Position numbers and translations under genes: made by a program. A stretch of 24,000 nucleotides of DNA from Planctomycetota bacterium (lineage in GTDB: Bacteria; Planctomycetota; Phycisphaerae; UBA1845; Fen-1342). Numbering within the stretch: the first letter of the stretch is position 1; the number at the start of each line of letters is the position of its first letter. Below are positions 16,111-24,000 of this stretch, in pieces. The stretch is from positions 10,229 through 34,228 of the forward strand of contig JAHJAR010000031.1 in NCBI GenBank assembly GCA_018814045.1, read 5' to 3'. The notes beneath the pieces were generated by a model. It was not told the origin of the DNA. It searched no databases and saw only the letters and a program-made list of their open reading frames with translations.

Positions 16111-17541
16111 GTGATCAAGCTGATTCTCAGTGAAGTGATCGAAGCGATTCAAGGGAGAATCGCGGGCGAAGTGCCGCCAACGAGCGTGGGGGGGGTATCA
16201 ACGGACTCGCGCAGCGTGGCACCGGGCGAGCTGTTCTTCGCCGTGGTCGGCCCGCGCTTTGACGGGCACCAGTTTGTCGCCGAGGCTCTTCGGCGCGGAG
16301 CCATCGGCGCGGTGATCGATGCCAGCAAGACGAGCGAAGTGGCGCGGTCACTCGCCGCGCCAGGCCAACCGGCATCCGCAGGACTGTTGATCACGGTGCG
16401 CGATCCAGTGGCCGCGCTGGGCAAGCTGGCCGCGTACCACCGACGGCAGTTCGCGGCGGACGTGATCGCCGTCGTCGGCAGCAACGGCAAGACCACGACC
16501 AAGGCCATGATCGATCACATATTGTCGGGACGGATGCGCGGGCGCTGCTCGCCCAAGAGCTTCAATAACCAGATCGGCGTGCCGCTGACGCTCTTGTCGG
16601 CCCAGTCGTCCGACGAGTACCTGGTGGTCGAAATCGGCACGAATGCCCCGGGTGAGATCAGCGCGCTGGCGGGTATCGCCCAGCCCGAGCTGGCAGTCAT
16701 CACCTGTGTCGGCGAGGAGCATCTGGAGGGGCTGGGAGACATCGCCGGCGTCGCCAGGGAGGAGTGCTCCATTCTGCGGACGTTGCGGCCCGGCGGCTTC
16801 GCCGCGGTCAACAGCGACGCACCTGAAATCCGCGAGCACCTGGCTGACAGCGCGGTGACGATCGCGACCTTTGGACGCGATGCGGGCGCGGACCTGCGGC
16901 TGACGCATACAAGTTACGAGTCCCCCTGGCTGCGGTTTACCCTGAACAACCGGTTTGAGTACCGCCTGCGGGTGCCGGGCGCACACAACGCGGTCAACGC
17001 GGCCGGGGCGATCACCGTCGCCCGCCGCCTGGCGTTTGAACACGAGGAAATCGCCGCTCGCCTGGAGACGTTCACGCCGCCCCCCATGCGCGTGGAGGTG
17101 CTGCAACTGGGCAAGGTGACCGTGATCAACGACGCCTACAACGCCAACCCGCGCAGCGCGTTGGCGGCCTTCGACGTGCTGGAATCGCAGCCGTGCCGCG
17201 GGCGGCGGATCGTGGTCTTCGGCGAGATGCTCGAGCTGGGGCGACGCTCGGCCGGCCTGCACCGCCAGGTCGCCGACCGCCTGGCCCGCGGGCGGGTCGA
17301 CCACGTGTTTCTGGTCGGGGCGGCGGGTGAGCTGATGTACGAGGCGCTGACCGAGAACAGCCTCTTCGGGCCCAGCGTGGAGCGCTGCCCCGATGTGATG
17401 GCCTGCCAGGCGCGACTGATCGCTGACGTGCGGGACGGGGACGTGGTGCTGCTGAAGGCGTCGCGGGCCGTCGAGCTCGACCGGCTGGTCGCACCGCTGC
17501 GATCCGCCTGGGAAGGTCCAACCGCGACACCGGTCAAGTGA
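16111..17541 (+). CDS. murF: UDP-N-acetylmuramoyl-tripeptide--D-alanyl-D-alanine ligase
   Basis: P-loop VVGSNGKTTTKAM, then EIGTNAPGEI, INDAYNANP and FGEMLELG. The GTG start lies 3 nt after the murE stop. The gene holds the canonical position between murE and mraY. Confidence 0.9.
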   Translation: MIKLILSEVIEAIQGRIAGEVPPTSVGGVSTDSRSVAPGELFFAVVGPRFDGHQFVAEALRRGAIGAVIDASKTSEVARSLAAPGQPASAGLLITVRDPVAALGKLAAYHRRQFAADVIAVVGSNGKTTTKAMIDHILSGRMRGRCSPKSFNNQIGVPLTLLSAQSSDEYLVVEIGTNAPGEISALAGIAQPELAVITCVGEEHLEGLGDIAGVAREECSILRTLRPGGFAAVNSDAPEIREHLADSAVTIATFGRDAGADLRLTHTSYESPWLRFTLNNRFEYRLRVPGAHNAVNAAGAITVARRLAFEHEEIAARLETFTPPPMRVEVLQLGKVTVINDAYNANPRSALAAFDVLESQPCRGRRIVVFGEMLELGRRSAGLHRQVADRLARGRVDHVFLVGAAGELMYEALTENSLFGPSVERCPDVMACQARLIADVRDGDVVLLKASRAVELDRLVAPLRSAWEGPTATPVK

Positions 17542-17544
17542 GCT

Positions 17545-18690
17545 ATGCTGTATCACCTGTTCTACTGGCTGGCTGAGGGCAAGCCGTATGCCTATCACAG
17601 TCCCTTGTTCCGCGCCACGATGGCGATCCTGCTTGGTTTCCTGATTGTCTGGGCCCTCGGGCCGCGCGTGATTCGCACGCTCATGCGGCTCAAGATCGGC
17701 GATCGTCCAGAATTCGATCACGAAGCGCTCAACCGCCTGACGCAGATCAAAAAGAACACGCCAACCATGGGTGGGGTGCTCATCGTCGCGGCGATCCTGG
17801 GCTGCGTGCTGCTGCTCGCCGATCTGACCAACTTCTATGTCCGGATGGGGCTGGTCTGCCTGCTCTGGCTGGCCGTGCTGGGAGGAATCGACGACTGGCT
17901 GAAGCTGACCGCGACCCGCCGGGCCGGCACGCGCGATGGGCTGCGGCTGTGGGAGAAGATGGTCTTCCAGATTGCCCTGGGCGCTTTGCTCGCGATGTTC
18001 ATCCTGCGCACGGGCAAGGCGATCTCCGAGCAGGATCGCTTTCTTGACCCGAGCATCCCCTACAGCTCGTACTACAACGTCCTGAGCGTCCCGTTCTACA
18101 AGCACGGGATCGTCCTGGGTGCTCCGGCCTTCGCTCTCATCGCCGTCGTGGTCATCGCCGGCACGTCCAACGCGGTCAATTTGACCGACGGCTTGGATGG
18201 CCTCGCCAGCGGGTGCGTCGTGCTGACTGCGTTCGCCTTTATGATCCTGGCGTACGTGGTCGGCAGCGCCGAACTCGCGGAACGCCTGCTCTTTTTTCCC
18301 ATTCGCGGCGCGGGAGAACTCGCGGTCCTGTGCGGGGCCGTGGTGGGCGCCTGCCTGGGATTCCTGTGGTACAACGCCTACCCGGCCCAGGTCTTCATGG
18401 GCGATACCGGCGCCCTGCCGCTCGGTGGCCTGATGGGCTATGTCGCCATCGTCACGCGTCTGGAACTGATGCTGTTCATCGTGGGCGGCATATTCGTGGT
18501 CGAGGCCGTCTCCGTTCTCATCCAAATCTTCTACTACAAGAGCACCGGCGGCCGGCGCTTCTTCCGCTGCGCACCGCTGCACCATCACTTCCATCTCGGC
18601 GGCTGGACCGAGACCCAGGTGGTGACGCGCTTCTGGCTGCTGGCGGCCCTGTTCGCCGCGTTCGCCCTGGCCACCATGAAGCTGAGGTAG
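17545..18690 (+). CDS. mraY: phospho-N-acetylmuramoyl-pentapeptide transferase
   Basis: KNTPTMGGVLIV, NAVNLTDGLDGLA, VFMGDTGALPLGG and PLHHHFHLGGW are the conserved MraY motifs. It is polytopic. The ATG lies 3 nt after the murF stop. Confidence 0.95.
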   Translation: MLYHLFYWLAEGKPYAYHSPLFRATMAILLGFLIVWALGPRVIRTLMRLKIGDRPEFDHEALNRLTQIKKNTPTMGGVLIVAAILGCVLLLADLTNFYVRMGLVCLLWLAVLGGIDDWLKLTATRRAGTRDGLRLWEKMVFQIALGALLAMFILRTGKAISEQDRFLDPSIPYSSYYNVLSVPFYKHGIVLGAPAFALIAVVVIAGTSNAVNLTDGLDGLASGCVVLTAFAFMILAYVVGSAELAERLLFFPIRGAGELAVLCGAVVGACLGFLWYNAYPAQVFMGDTGALPLGGLMGYVAIVTRLELMLFIVGGIFVVEAVSVLIQIFYYKSTGGRRFFRCAPLHHHFHLGGWTETQVVTRFWLLAALFAAFALATMKLR

Positions 18691-18694
18691 ACCG

Positions 18695-19885
18695 ATGGCC
18701 ACAATCCCCGTTACCTTCCACCGCGCGCCAGACGCCCCACTCCCGCCGCCCGGCCGCTCGCACGGGTACGCCATGGCGGCCCTGTTCATCTGTGGCGCGC
18801 TCATGACCGTTGGGGCAGCGATGGTCTACTCGGCTTCGGTGTCGATTCGGGGCGCCGAACTAAGCTGGTACGAGTGCTGGCGCACCCCACTACGGCAGTG
18901 TCTGTTCGCCGGGGCCGGCTTCCTGGCCATGCTCACCGCCGCACACGTCGACTACCGTTTGTTCTCTTGGCGGCGTCACGGCTGGCTGCCCCGCTTTGTG
19001 GCGCTGCTGGCCGCGGTGTTGCTCGTGGTGGCCGTGCTCGCCCCCGGCGTTGGCAGCAGCCGCCTGGGACACCAGCGTTCGATTGCCGTCTTCGGTGCCG
19101 GTGCCTTGGGCTTTCAGCCGGCCGAGGTGGCCAAGCTGGCGCTGATAGTGTGGCTCGCGGCCCGCCTGTCACGGCCGCGAAATGGCTTGCAGGACTTCCG
19201 GCGCGGCTTCCTGCCCACGGCCGGGTGCGCGGGCATACTGATCGCGTTGACCGCGATCGCGGACTTCGGAACGGCCGCCCTGATGGGAGCAGTGCTGGTC
19301 GCCCTGCTGTTGCTGGCCGGCGCCCGCTGGCGACATGTGGGGGCTCTGCTGCTTGCCGGGGCGGTAGCCGGGGCCGGCTTCATCCTCACCGCCCGCTACC
19401 GCATCGATCGCATCGTCAGCTTCTTCTCCGAGACGCCCGATCCAACCGGCAAGGGTTACCAGATCACCCAAGCCCTGATCGCCATCGGATCCGGTGGCTG
19501 GTGGGGCCGGGGCCTCGGCGCCGGCGTGCAGAAATACGGCTACCTGCCGCAAGACAACAACGACTTCATCCTCGCGATTGTCTGCGAGGAGATGGGCGTG
19601 GCCGGCGGGATTGCCATCGTGGCGCTCTTTCTCGCGCTGCTGTGGTGCGGCTGGCGCATCGCAGCCGGCACGCGCGACCCGCTCGGGCGCCTGCTCGCCG
19701 CCGGCATCACGCTGACAATCTGCCTGCAAGCCGCTTTCAACGTCGGCGTCGTCACAAACAGCATCCCCACCAAGGGCATCTCGCTGCCGTTTGTCTCGGC
19801 GGGTGGTTCGGGCGTGCTGTTCTTCGGGATCGCTGTGGGCCTATTGGCGGCGGTCGGGCGCGCTCGCGACAGCGAACCTGGGTAG
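18695..19885 (+). CDS. ftsW: SEDS-family peptidoglycan glycosyltransferase FtsW
   Basis: FQPAEVAKLALIVWLA, GSGGWWGRGLGAGVQKYGYLPQDNNDFILAIVCEEMG and GISLPFVSAGGSG are FtsW/RodA/SpoVE signatures. The dcw context favours FtsW. The ATG lies 4 nt after the mraY stop, with GAGG 7 nt upstream. An internal Met at 18773 is an alternative start. Confidence 0.85.
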   Translation: MATIPVTFHRAPDAPLPPPGRSHGYAMAALFICGALMTVGAAMVYSASVSIRGAELSWYECWRTPLRQCLFAGAGFLAMLTAAHVDYRLFSWRRHGWLPRFVALLAAVLLVVAVLAPGVGSSRLGHQRSIAVFGAGALGFQPAEVAKLALIVWLAARLSRPRNGLQDFRRGFLPTAGCAGILIALTAIADFGTAALMGAVLVALLLLAGARWRHVGALLLAGAVAGAGFILTARYRIDRIVSFFSETPDPTGKGYQITQALIAIGSGGWWGRGLGAGVQKYGYLPQDNNDFILAIVCEEMGVAGGIAIVALFLALLWCGWRIAAGTRDPLGRLLAAGITLTICLQAAFNVGVVTNSIPTKGISLPFVSAGGSGVLFFGIAVGLLAAVGRARDSEPG

Positions 19886-19912
19886 TCGCGGCCACACCAG
19901 TCGCGCCCGCCC

Positions 19913-21346
19913 CTACAGTCTCTCGATCAGACCCCCGAACGCCAGGAACAGGACCAGCACCACTATCACGCCCAACCCCGAGACCAGCGTACCGTACTTG
20001 GCCATTTCGCGCGTCGTGATCGTGCGTGTGGCGAAGGCGATTGCGTTGGGCGGCGTACTGATCGGCAGGCTCATGGCCAGCGAGGCTGCGAAGGCCGCCG
20101 CCAGGGCCCCGGAGCGCGGCGAGATCGCCGAGATCGAGATCACGATCGGGATCATCAGGTTCGCCGCCGAGGTGTTGCTCATGAAATTCGACAGCCCTAA
20201 CGAGACCATGATGACCGCCGTCAACAGCAGGTACGGCGGCAATGTGTTGAATGGAATGCTGGCTACCAGCACCTCCGAGAGGCCGGAGACCTTCATGGCC
20301 ACACCCAGCGTCATGCCACCTGCCACCAGAATCAGAATGTCCCAATCAAGCTTCTTGAGGTCGTGCCGGTCGATGATCCCGAAGGCGGTGAACACCGCGA
20401 TAGGCAGCAGCGCCACGACCGCCGAGGGCAGCTTGTGCAGCGGCTGCGTCAGCCACAGCAGAACCGTGATAGTGAACGTCAGCACAACGATGGCGAGCCC
20501 GGGCGTGACTTCCAGCGTGTCGGGAAACTCGATCTCGAGCCGTTCGCGTTTCGGCCGAAACACCAGCAACAGCACCACCCATAGTAGAGACAACAGCACC
20601 AACACGATCGGCACACCGACCATCATCCATCCCAGGAAGGAGATCTCGTACCGGCCACCCTCAATCTGATGCAGCACGCTCGCAGCCACCGCGTTCGGCG
20701 GCGTGCCGATGATGGTGCCCATCCCGCCGATGTTCGCCGCGAATGGAACCGCCAGCACGAGCATGCGGCGTGTTCCGGGGCGGTCATCGAGATGTTTGAA
20801 CAGCGGGCTGACGATCGCGACCATCATCGCGGTCGTGGCGGTGTTGGACATGAACATCGAGAACAGGGCCGTGGTCAGAATAATGCCGAGCAGCAGCATG
20901 CTGGGTCGCGTCCCAAACGGGGTAATGAACGCGCGTGCCAGGCGCACGTCGAAGCCATGCTTCGTGGCTGCCAGCGCCAGCACAAACCCCCCGAAGAACA
21001 ACACCAGCACCGGACTGGCCACCGGGTTCACGAACATCTGCCAACTGCCCTGCCCGCTGGCCTCCAGGTGCAGCGGCCCAGCCGGCTGACCCAGCAGATA
21101 CACGCACGAGACGATCACCATGATCGCCGTGGCATAGGCTGGAATCAGCTCCGTGATCCACAGGGCCGCGGCAGCGACGAAGATGACGAAGCAGACGCGC
21201 GGACCAGCTTCCTCCAGCCCGGGAATCGGCAGCCAACCCGCGGCAAAGGCCACTGCGACGCACAGCAGGGTCTTGAACGCGGTGGCCCAACTCAGATCGA
21301 GGACTACGCGCTGCCGCGTGAACTTGACTCGTAGCGGGGCGGGCAT
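19913..21346 (-). CDS. DASS/SLC13-family anion:sodium symporter (dicarboxylate/sulfate-type permease)
   Basis: A polytopic protein with the two hairpin-tip SNT motifs typical of DASS transporters (FMSNTATTAMMV and FMSNTSAANLMIP). The start was set to the ATG at 21346 (MPAPLRVKF.., GGTGG ~10 nt upstream). The ORF-track start at 21409 has no SD and adds an implausible N-terminus. Confidence 0.8.
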   Translation of the reverse strand: MPAPLRVKFTRQRVVLDLSWATAFKTLLCVAVAFAAGWLPIPGLEEAGPRVCFVIFVAAAALWITELIPAYATAIMVIVSCVYLLGQPAGPLHLEASGQGSWQMFVNPVASPVLVLFFGGFVLALAATKHGFDVRLARAFITPFGTRPSMLLLGIILTTALFSMFMSNTATTAMMVAIVSPLFKHLDDRPGTRRMLVLAVPFAANIGGMGTIIGTPPNAVAASVLHQIEGGRYEISFLGWMMVGVPIVLVLLSLLWVVLLLVFRPKRERLEIEFPDTLEVTPGLAIVVLTFTITVLLWLTQPLHKLPSAVVALLPIAVFTAFGIIDRHDLKKLDWDILILVAGGMTLGVAMKVSGLSEVLVASIPFNTLPPYLLLTAVIMVSLGLSNFMSNTSAANLMIPIVISISAISPRSGALAAAFAASLAMSLPISTPPNAIAFATRTITTREMAKYGTLVSGLGVIVVLVLFLAFGGLIERL

Positions 21347-21555
21347 TTTACGGGTTCCACCAAAAACCCCATGGCAAGGCTCGTGCCAGATCCAAAGGCG
21401 GGAGAGCATATCGCCGTGGCAGGGCTGGCGGAAGCTCCCATCCCAACTGGCGCTCAGATTCTCGCAGCCATAGCGCTAGAAACCGCACCCACCCACCAGG
21501 TCCGATCACCTCCGCGGCGGCGCCAAGACATTCACGCTGCACCCATGGCGCGCAG

Positions 21556-21592
21556 CGACCCCGCCGATGGTTCGTGTGCCCACCGGCGGGGT
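21556..21592. repeat. perfect 10-bp GC-rich inverted repeat with 17-nt loop (intergenic)
   Basis: GACCCCGCCG (21556-21565) and CGGCGGGGTC (21583-21592) are exact reverse complements. The repeat lies between two minus-strand genes, ~80 nt downstream of the secreted-protein gene stop and ~210 nt upstream of the transporter start. Confidence 0.6.
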
Positions 21593-21671
21593 CGGTGTCA
21601 CGACGGCGAATCGTCCGCCCTGCCCGCGCTGAACGAGCGATCAGGCGGCTCTCTGATTCAGAGACGTCTAC

Positions 21672-23432
21672 TCAGAACTTGTCCTTCGCCTCGCCCTCGG
21701 GAACATCGTCGCCCTCGGTCGATTTGATCACATCGACGATTACCTTGACCATCTCCGCCGGCACGTTGAGCTCGCCCCGGACAGTGTTCTCGTCGAAGTA
21801 CATCGCGAATGCCGCGTAGGGCGTCGGCGTCTGTGGAATCTCGGCCTCGGGCACCTCCTCGCCGAGCGCCCGCGCCAGCCCCATGACCCACTCCATCACC
21901 TTCGGCGCGTCCAGCAGGCCACATACCTGCGGATCGGGGGCCAGGGTGGCCAGCGCGGCCTTGACGCGTGTGTTTTCGGCCAGCGGCCCGGGCTTGCCGG
22001 TCAACGTCCGCTCCATTTGCGGTCGGGCGACTTTCTCCGGGCCCAGCACGTACGTCACGCCTTCTTCCTGCGGCGCGTAGAACGTGACCAGCGACTCGCC
22101 ATAGATGTGGCCCAGCAACTCGCTCAAGTCCTCGTCATCACTGGCGAACTTAAAGTGCAGCGCGTCGGTCTTCACCGAGCCGATCGTCTCGTGCTCCAGC
22201 TTGACGTCCATGGGCATGCCGAACTGTCCCATCATCGCCGTGCCGCTCTCGCTGAGCTCGACGAACTGCTTTGCCACGGCGGGCGCTTCCTTGGTCATGT
22301 AGAGCCCGGTCACCAGAATTCCCTTGCCTTCCGGAGCCGACGTGACGCCGCAGTTCTGGCCGGACATCTTCCGCAACACCGCAATCGACTTTTCGAGGAG
22401 TTCGACCAGCGCCTTCTGGTCGGTCTTCTTCTCGCCGGGGGTCTCTTCCGCCGCGGGGGCGGACGTTGCGCTCAGCTCCTTGACCATCGCTTTCAGCATC
22501 CCCTCGCTGAGTGTCTCGGTCCCGGGGGCCACAGTCCATTCGTATCCGAAAACGGCGGCGTAGTCCGCATCCGGCAGGCCACGGAACAGGTGGCCCGTGG
22601 ACTTGCTGATCTTCTTCAAGTAGGTGCCGACTTTTCCGTCCGCCTCGAAGCTGGACAGGTCCGCCAGGTGGGCGCCCGCGGTCCCGGCCCGGAACCCGAC
22701 GGCGTAGAAGTCGGCTTCGCTCAGCAGAGTGCGCAGGCCGTCGGCAAACCAGCGCGTCACGCCCATGATGACGTTCATTTGCTTGCCCATCTCGGGGCCG
22801 CCCTGCATCATGACCATCTGCATCATCGGCTCGACCATCGCAAAGCCCTGCATGATCATGGGCTGCCACGGCTCCAGCTTCACGTAGACCACGACCTGGT
22901 TCTGTTCCACCAGCTTGCCGGCATTCTGCTTGAACCGCTGGGCAAACTTGCCGCTGGAGTCCAACGCTGTCTGTAGCGTCTGCTCGTCGCCCGCAACGAT
23001 CAGCAGGTTGCCTTTGACCGCGCCGTAGGCATCCTCCAGGTCCAACTCGAAGGAATACATGCCGTTTTCCAGCTTCTTGGCCTCGAGCGCTTCCTGCCAG
23101 GCCTTTTCGCTGGTGATGGGCAACATTACCAAGGGCTGCTCCATCGTGGGCGACATCGCCATGAGGAACCCACCCTTCAAGTCGAGCACGTCGGCCATGT
23201 CCTCGAAGTGCTCTTCCGCAAACTCCGCGACATTAATCTCGGCCAGCTCGTCCAGGCCGATCGCCTTGCCAAAATCGGCGAGCCCGCTGGCCAGCTTGTC
23301 CAGACTGGGAATGATCACCACGACCCCCACGTCGTCGGGAACGTGCTTGAGCGCCGTGTCTATCGCCGTGTCAGCGCTGGCCGTCAACGGCAGCGCCAGA
23401 CAGAAGCCGATCAAAACCAGAAGCGATCGCAT
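21672..23432 (-). CDS. secreted protein of unknown function (586 aa) with methionine-rich segment
   Basis: AAGGAGG lies 7 nt upstream of the ATG at 23432. There is a clear signal peptide (MRSLLVLIGFCLALPLTASADTAID). The ORF is long and uninterrupted, with G/C-rich third codon positions like the recognised genes in this window. I recognise no catalytic motif. The ORF-track start at 23507 adds 25 non-signal residues and lacks an SD. Confidence 0.75.
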   Translation of the reverse strand: MRSLLVLIGFCLALPLTASADTAIDTALKHVPDDVGVVVIIPSLDKLASGLADFGKAIGLDELAEINVAEFAEEHFEDMADVLDLKGGFLMAMSPTMEQPLVMLPITSEKAWQEALEAKKLENGMYSFELDLEDAYGAVKGNLLIVAGDEQTLQTALDSSGKFAQRFKQNAGKLVEQNQVVVYVKLEPWQPMIMQGFAMVEPMMQMVMMQGGPEMGKQMNVIMGVTRWFADGLRTLLSEADFYAVGFRAGTAGAHLADLSSFEADGKVGTYLKKISKSTGHLFRGLPDADYAAVFGYEWTVAPGTETLSEGMLKAMVKELSATSAPAAEETPGEKKTDQKALVELLEKSIAVLRKMSGQNCGVTSAPEGKGILVTGLYMTKEAPAVAKQFVELSESGTAMMGQFGMPMDVKLEHETIGSVKTDALHFKFASDDEDLSELLGHIYGESLVTFYAPQEEGVTYVLGPEKVARPQMERTLTGKPGPLAENTRVKAALATLAPDPQVCGLLDAPKVMEWVMGLARALGEEVPEAEIPQTPTPYAAFAMYFDENTVRGELNVPAEMVKVIVDVIKSTEGDDVPEGEAKDKF

Positions 23433-23754
23433 CAAAAACCTCCTTCTTGGGCTGCAATTCGATCTGAAGGACCGGCCGCCGTCGGCCGCCTCACCCAGAA
23501 CCGGCATTAAACTCGCACTGGCGACGCCTGTCGATTACAGCATGTGAAAATATGTCTAACTGCCCGCCGAGCCAACTCATGAGGGGATACGTTGGCGGAG
23601 CACGACTATTCCGGAGGGTTGTGGCGCGCCGCGCTGACGCACAATCATGCGCCGACTGCCAGCCGGGCTCGCTCGGCCGAGATCAAACCGGGCCGGGCGC
23701 GGTCGCATTGGGTAGGAGTTGTCGGGTCAGGCGGCCTACGGCGGATCGGCTCCG

Positions 23755-24000
23755 CTACCGACGTGCGCACCGATCCGGCCGCGTACGGATCGTCACGCGC
23801 CGCCGGCCACGCTGCCACCGTCGGGCCGGCAGTAGGGCCAGGAACGTCAGGGGCAACACGCCCGCCACACCGGCCCCACACGGGCCCGTCGCCAGCGGGC
23901 TCAGATCGGGAGCATCGCTGACCATGACTTCGACGGATGCAGAGCCGGCGTTGCCGTCAGCGTCGCGCACCATAAGCGTGTAGATGGTGGTCTCGGCCGG
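23755..24000 (-). CDS. C-terminal end of Ig-like (PKD/cadherin-type) repeat surface protein with C-terminal membrane-anchor/sorting-like tail (5' end outside window)
   Basis: The minus-strand frame is open from the window edge (..PAETTIYTLMVRDADGNAGSASVEVMV..), which is the typical last strands of a PKD/Ig-like repeat. This is followed by SPLATGPCGAG, a hydrophobic helix (VAGVLPLTFLALL), and an Arg cluster (PARRWQRGRRR). The Met at 23973 is internal, not the start. Confidence 0.55.
   Translation of the reverse strand, partial: PAETTIYTLMVRDADGNAGSASVEVMVSDAPDLSPLATGPCGAGVAGVLPLTFLALLPARRWQRGRRRVTIRTRPDRCARR

Noticed and set aside
14704-16152. A 482-aa minus-strand ORF, and a 332-aa plus-strand alternative-frame ORF (15048..16046), both inside murE.
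   Set aside because: The murE frame carries all the Mur-ligase motifs. The competing frames are Arg/Pro/Gly-rich with no motifs, and arise from GC-rich codon structure.
16348-18804. An 818-aa ORF on the minus strand spanning murF, mraY and the start of ftsW.
   Set aside because: It is antisense to three genes with unambiguous conserved motifs. The translation is Arg/Gly/Pro/Asp-rich low-complexity sequence with no recognisable domain. This is a typical high-GC shadow ORF.
18874-20019. A 381-aa plus-strand ORF overlapping ftsW in another frame and extending into the transporter gene.
   Set aside because: The translation is extreme Arg/Pro/Gly composition (RRGRLPGHAHRRTRR..). The FtsW frame and the convergent DASS frame explain the region.
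23552-23983. 143-aa and 109-aa plus-strand ORFs in the region upstream of the secreted-protein gene.
   Set aside because: They have Arg-rich composition with no motif, and they overlap the better-supported minus-strand Ig-like/C-terminal-anchor ORF. The AT-richer stretch at 23533-23562 looks like a promoter region for the minus-strand gene (a TGcTGTAAT extended -10-like element at 23534-23542). That element is too weak to call as a feature.
1-24000. A search by eye for mobile elements, CRISPR repeats, tRNA/rRNA genes, toxin-antitoxin pairs, or defence-system or other novel multi-gene cassettes.
   Set aside because: I found no regularly spaced repeats, no cloverleaf-like tRNA candidates in the intergenic regions, no transposase, integrase or nuclease/ATPase defence-type ORFs, and no terminal inverted repeats flanking a gene block. 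The window reads as housekeeping chromosome.

Overview
This is a GC-rich bacterial chromosomal window with third codon positions mostly G/C. It is densely coding and looks like core genome rather than an accessory island. I saw no tRNA, rRNA, CRISPR array, transposase, integrase or phage gene, and no convincing undescribed multi-gene system.

Gene content, left to right:
- A cNMP-binding histidine kinase (5' end off-window), translationally coupled to a single-domain response regulator.
- Class II fructose-bisphosphate aldolase.
- A secreted LolA-like protein.
- A PilZ c-di-GMP receptor (minus strand).
- A small glycan-uptake module: an SSF symporter and a GH130 enzyme on the minus strand, with a divergent CBM9-like lipoprotein.
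- A division/cell-wall (dcw) cluster: mraZ, rsmH, a LysM membrane protein, ftsL-like, ftsI, murE, murF, mraY, ftsW.
- A convergent DASS/SLC13 transporter.
- A 586-aa secreted protein of unknown function.
- The 3' end of an Ig-like-repeat surface protein that runs off the window.

The most interesting observations are variations on the dcw cluster:
- A bitopic tandem-LysM protein sits between rsmH and ftsL.
- MraZ-box-like repeats lie at 10-bp phasing upstream of mraZ.
- A roughly 350-nt hairpin-rich spacer separates mraZ from rsmH.
- murD is absent, and the cluster ends right after ftsW.

Several ORF-track starts were moved downstream to Shine-Dalgarno-supported start codons. The many long Arg/Pro/Gly-rich ORFs antisense to, or out of frame with, the called genes are treated as high-GC shadow ORFs. 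Lineage cannot be assigned from the sequence alone. The gene types and the fragmented dcw cluster are compatible with a PVC/Planctomycetota-like organism, but that is only inference. All domain calls come from reading motifs in the translations; no database search was run.
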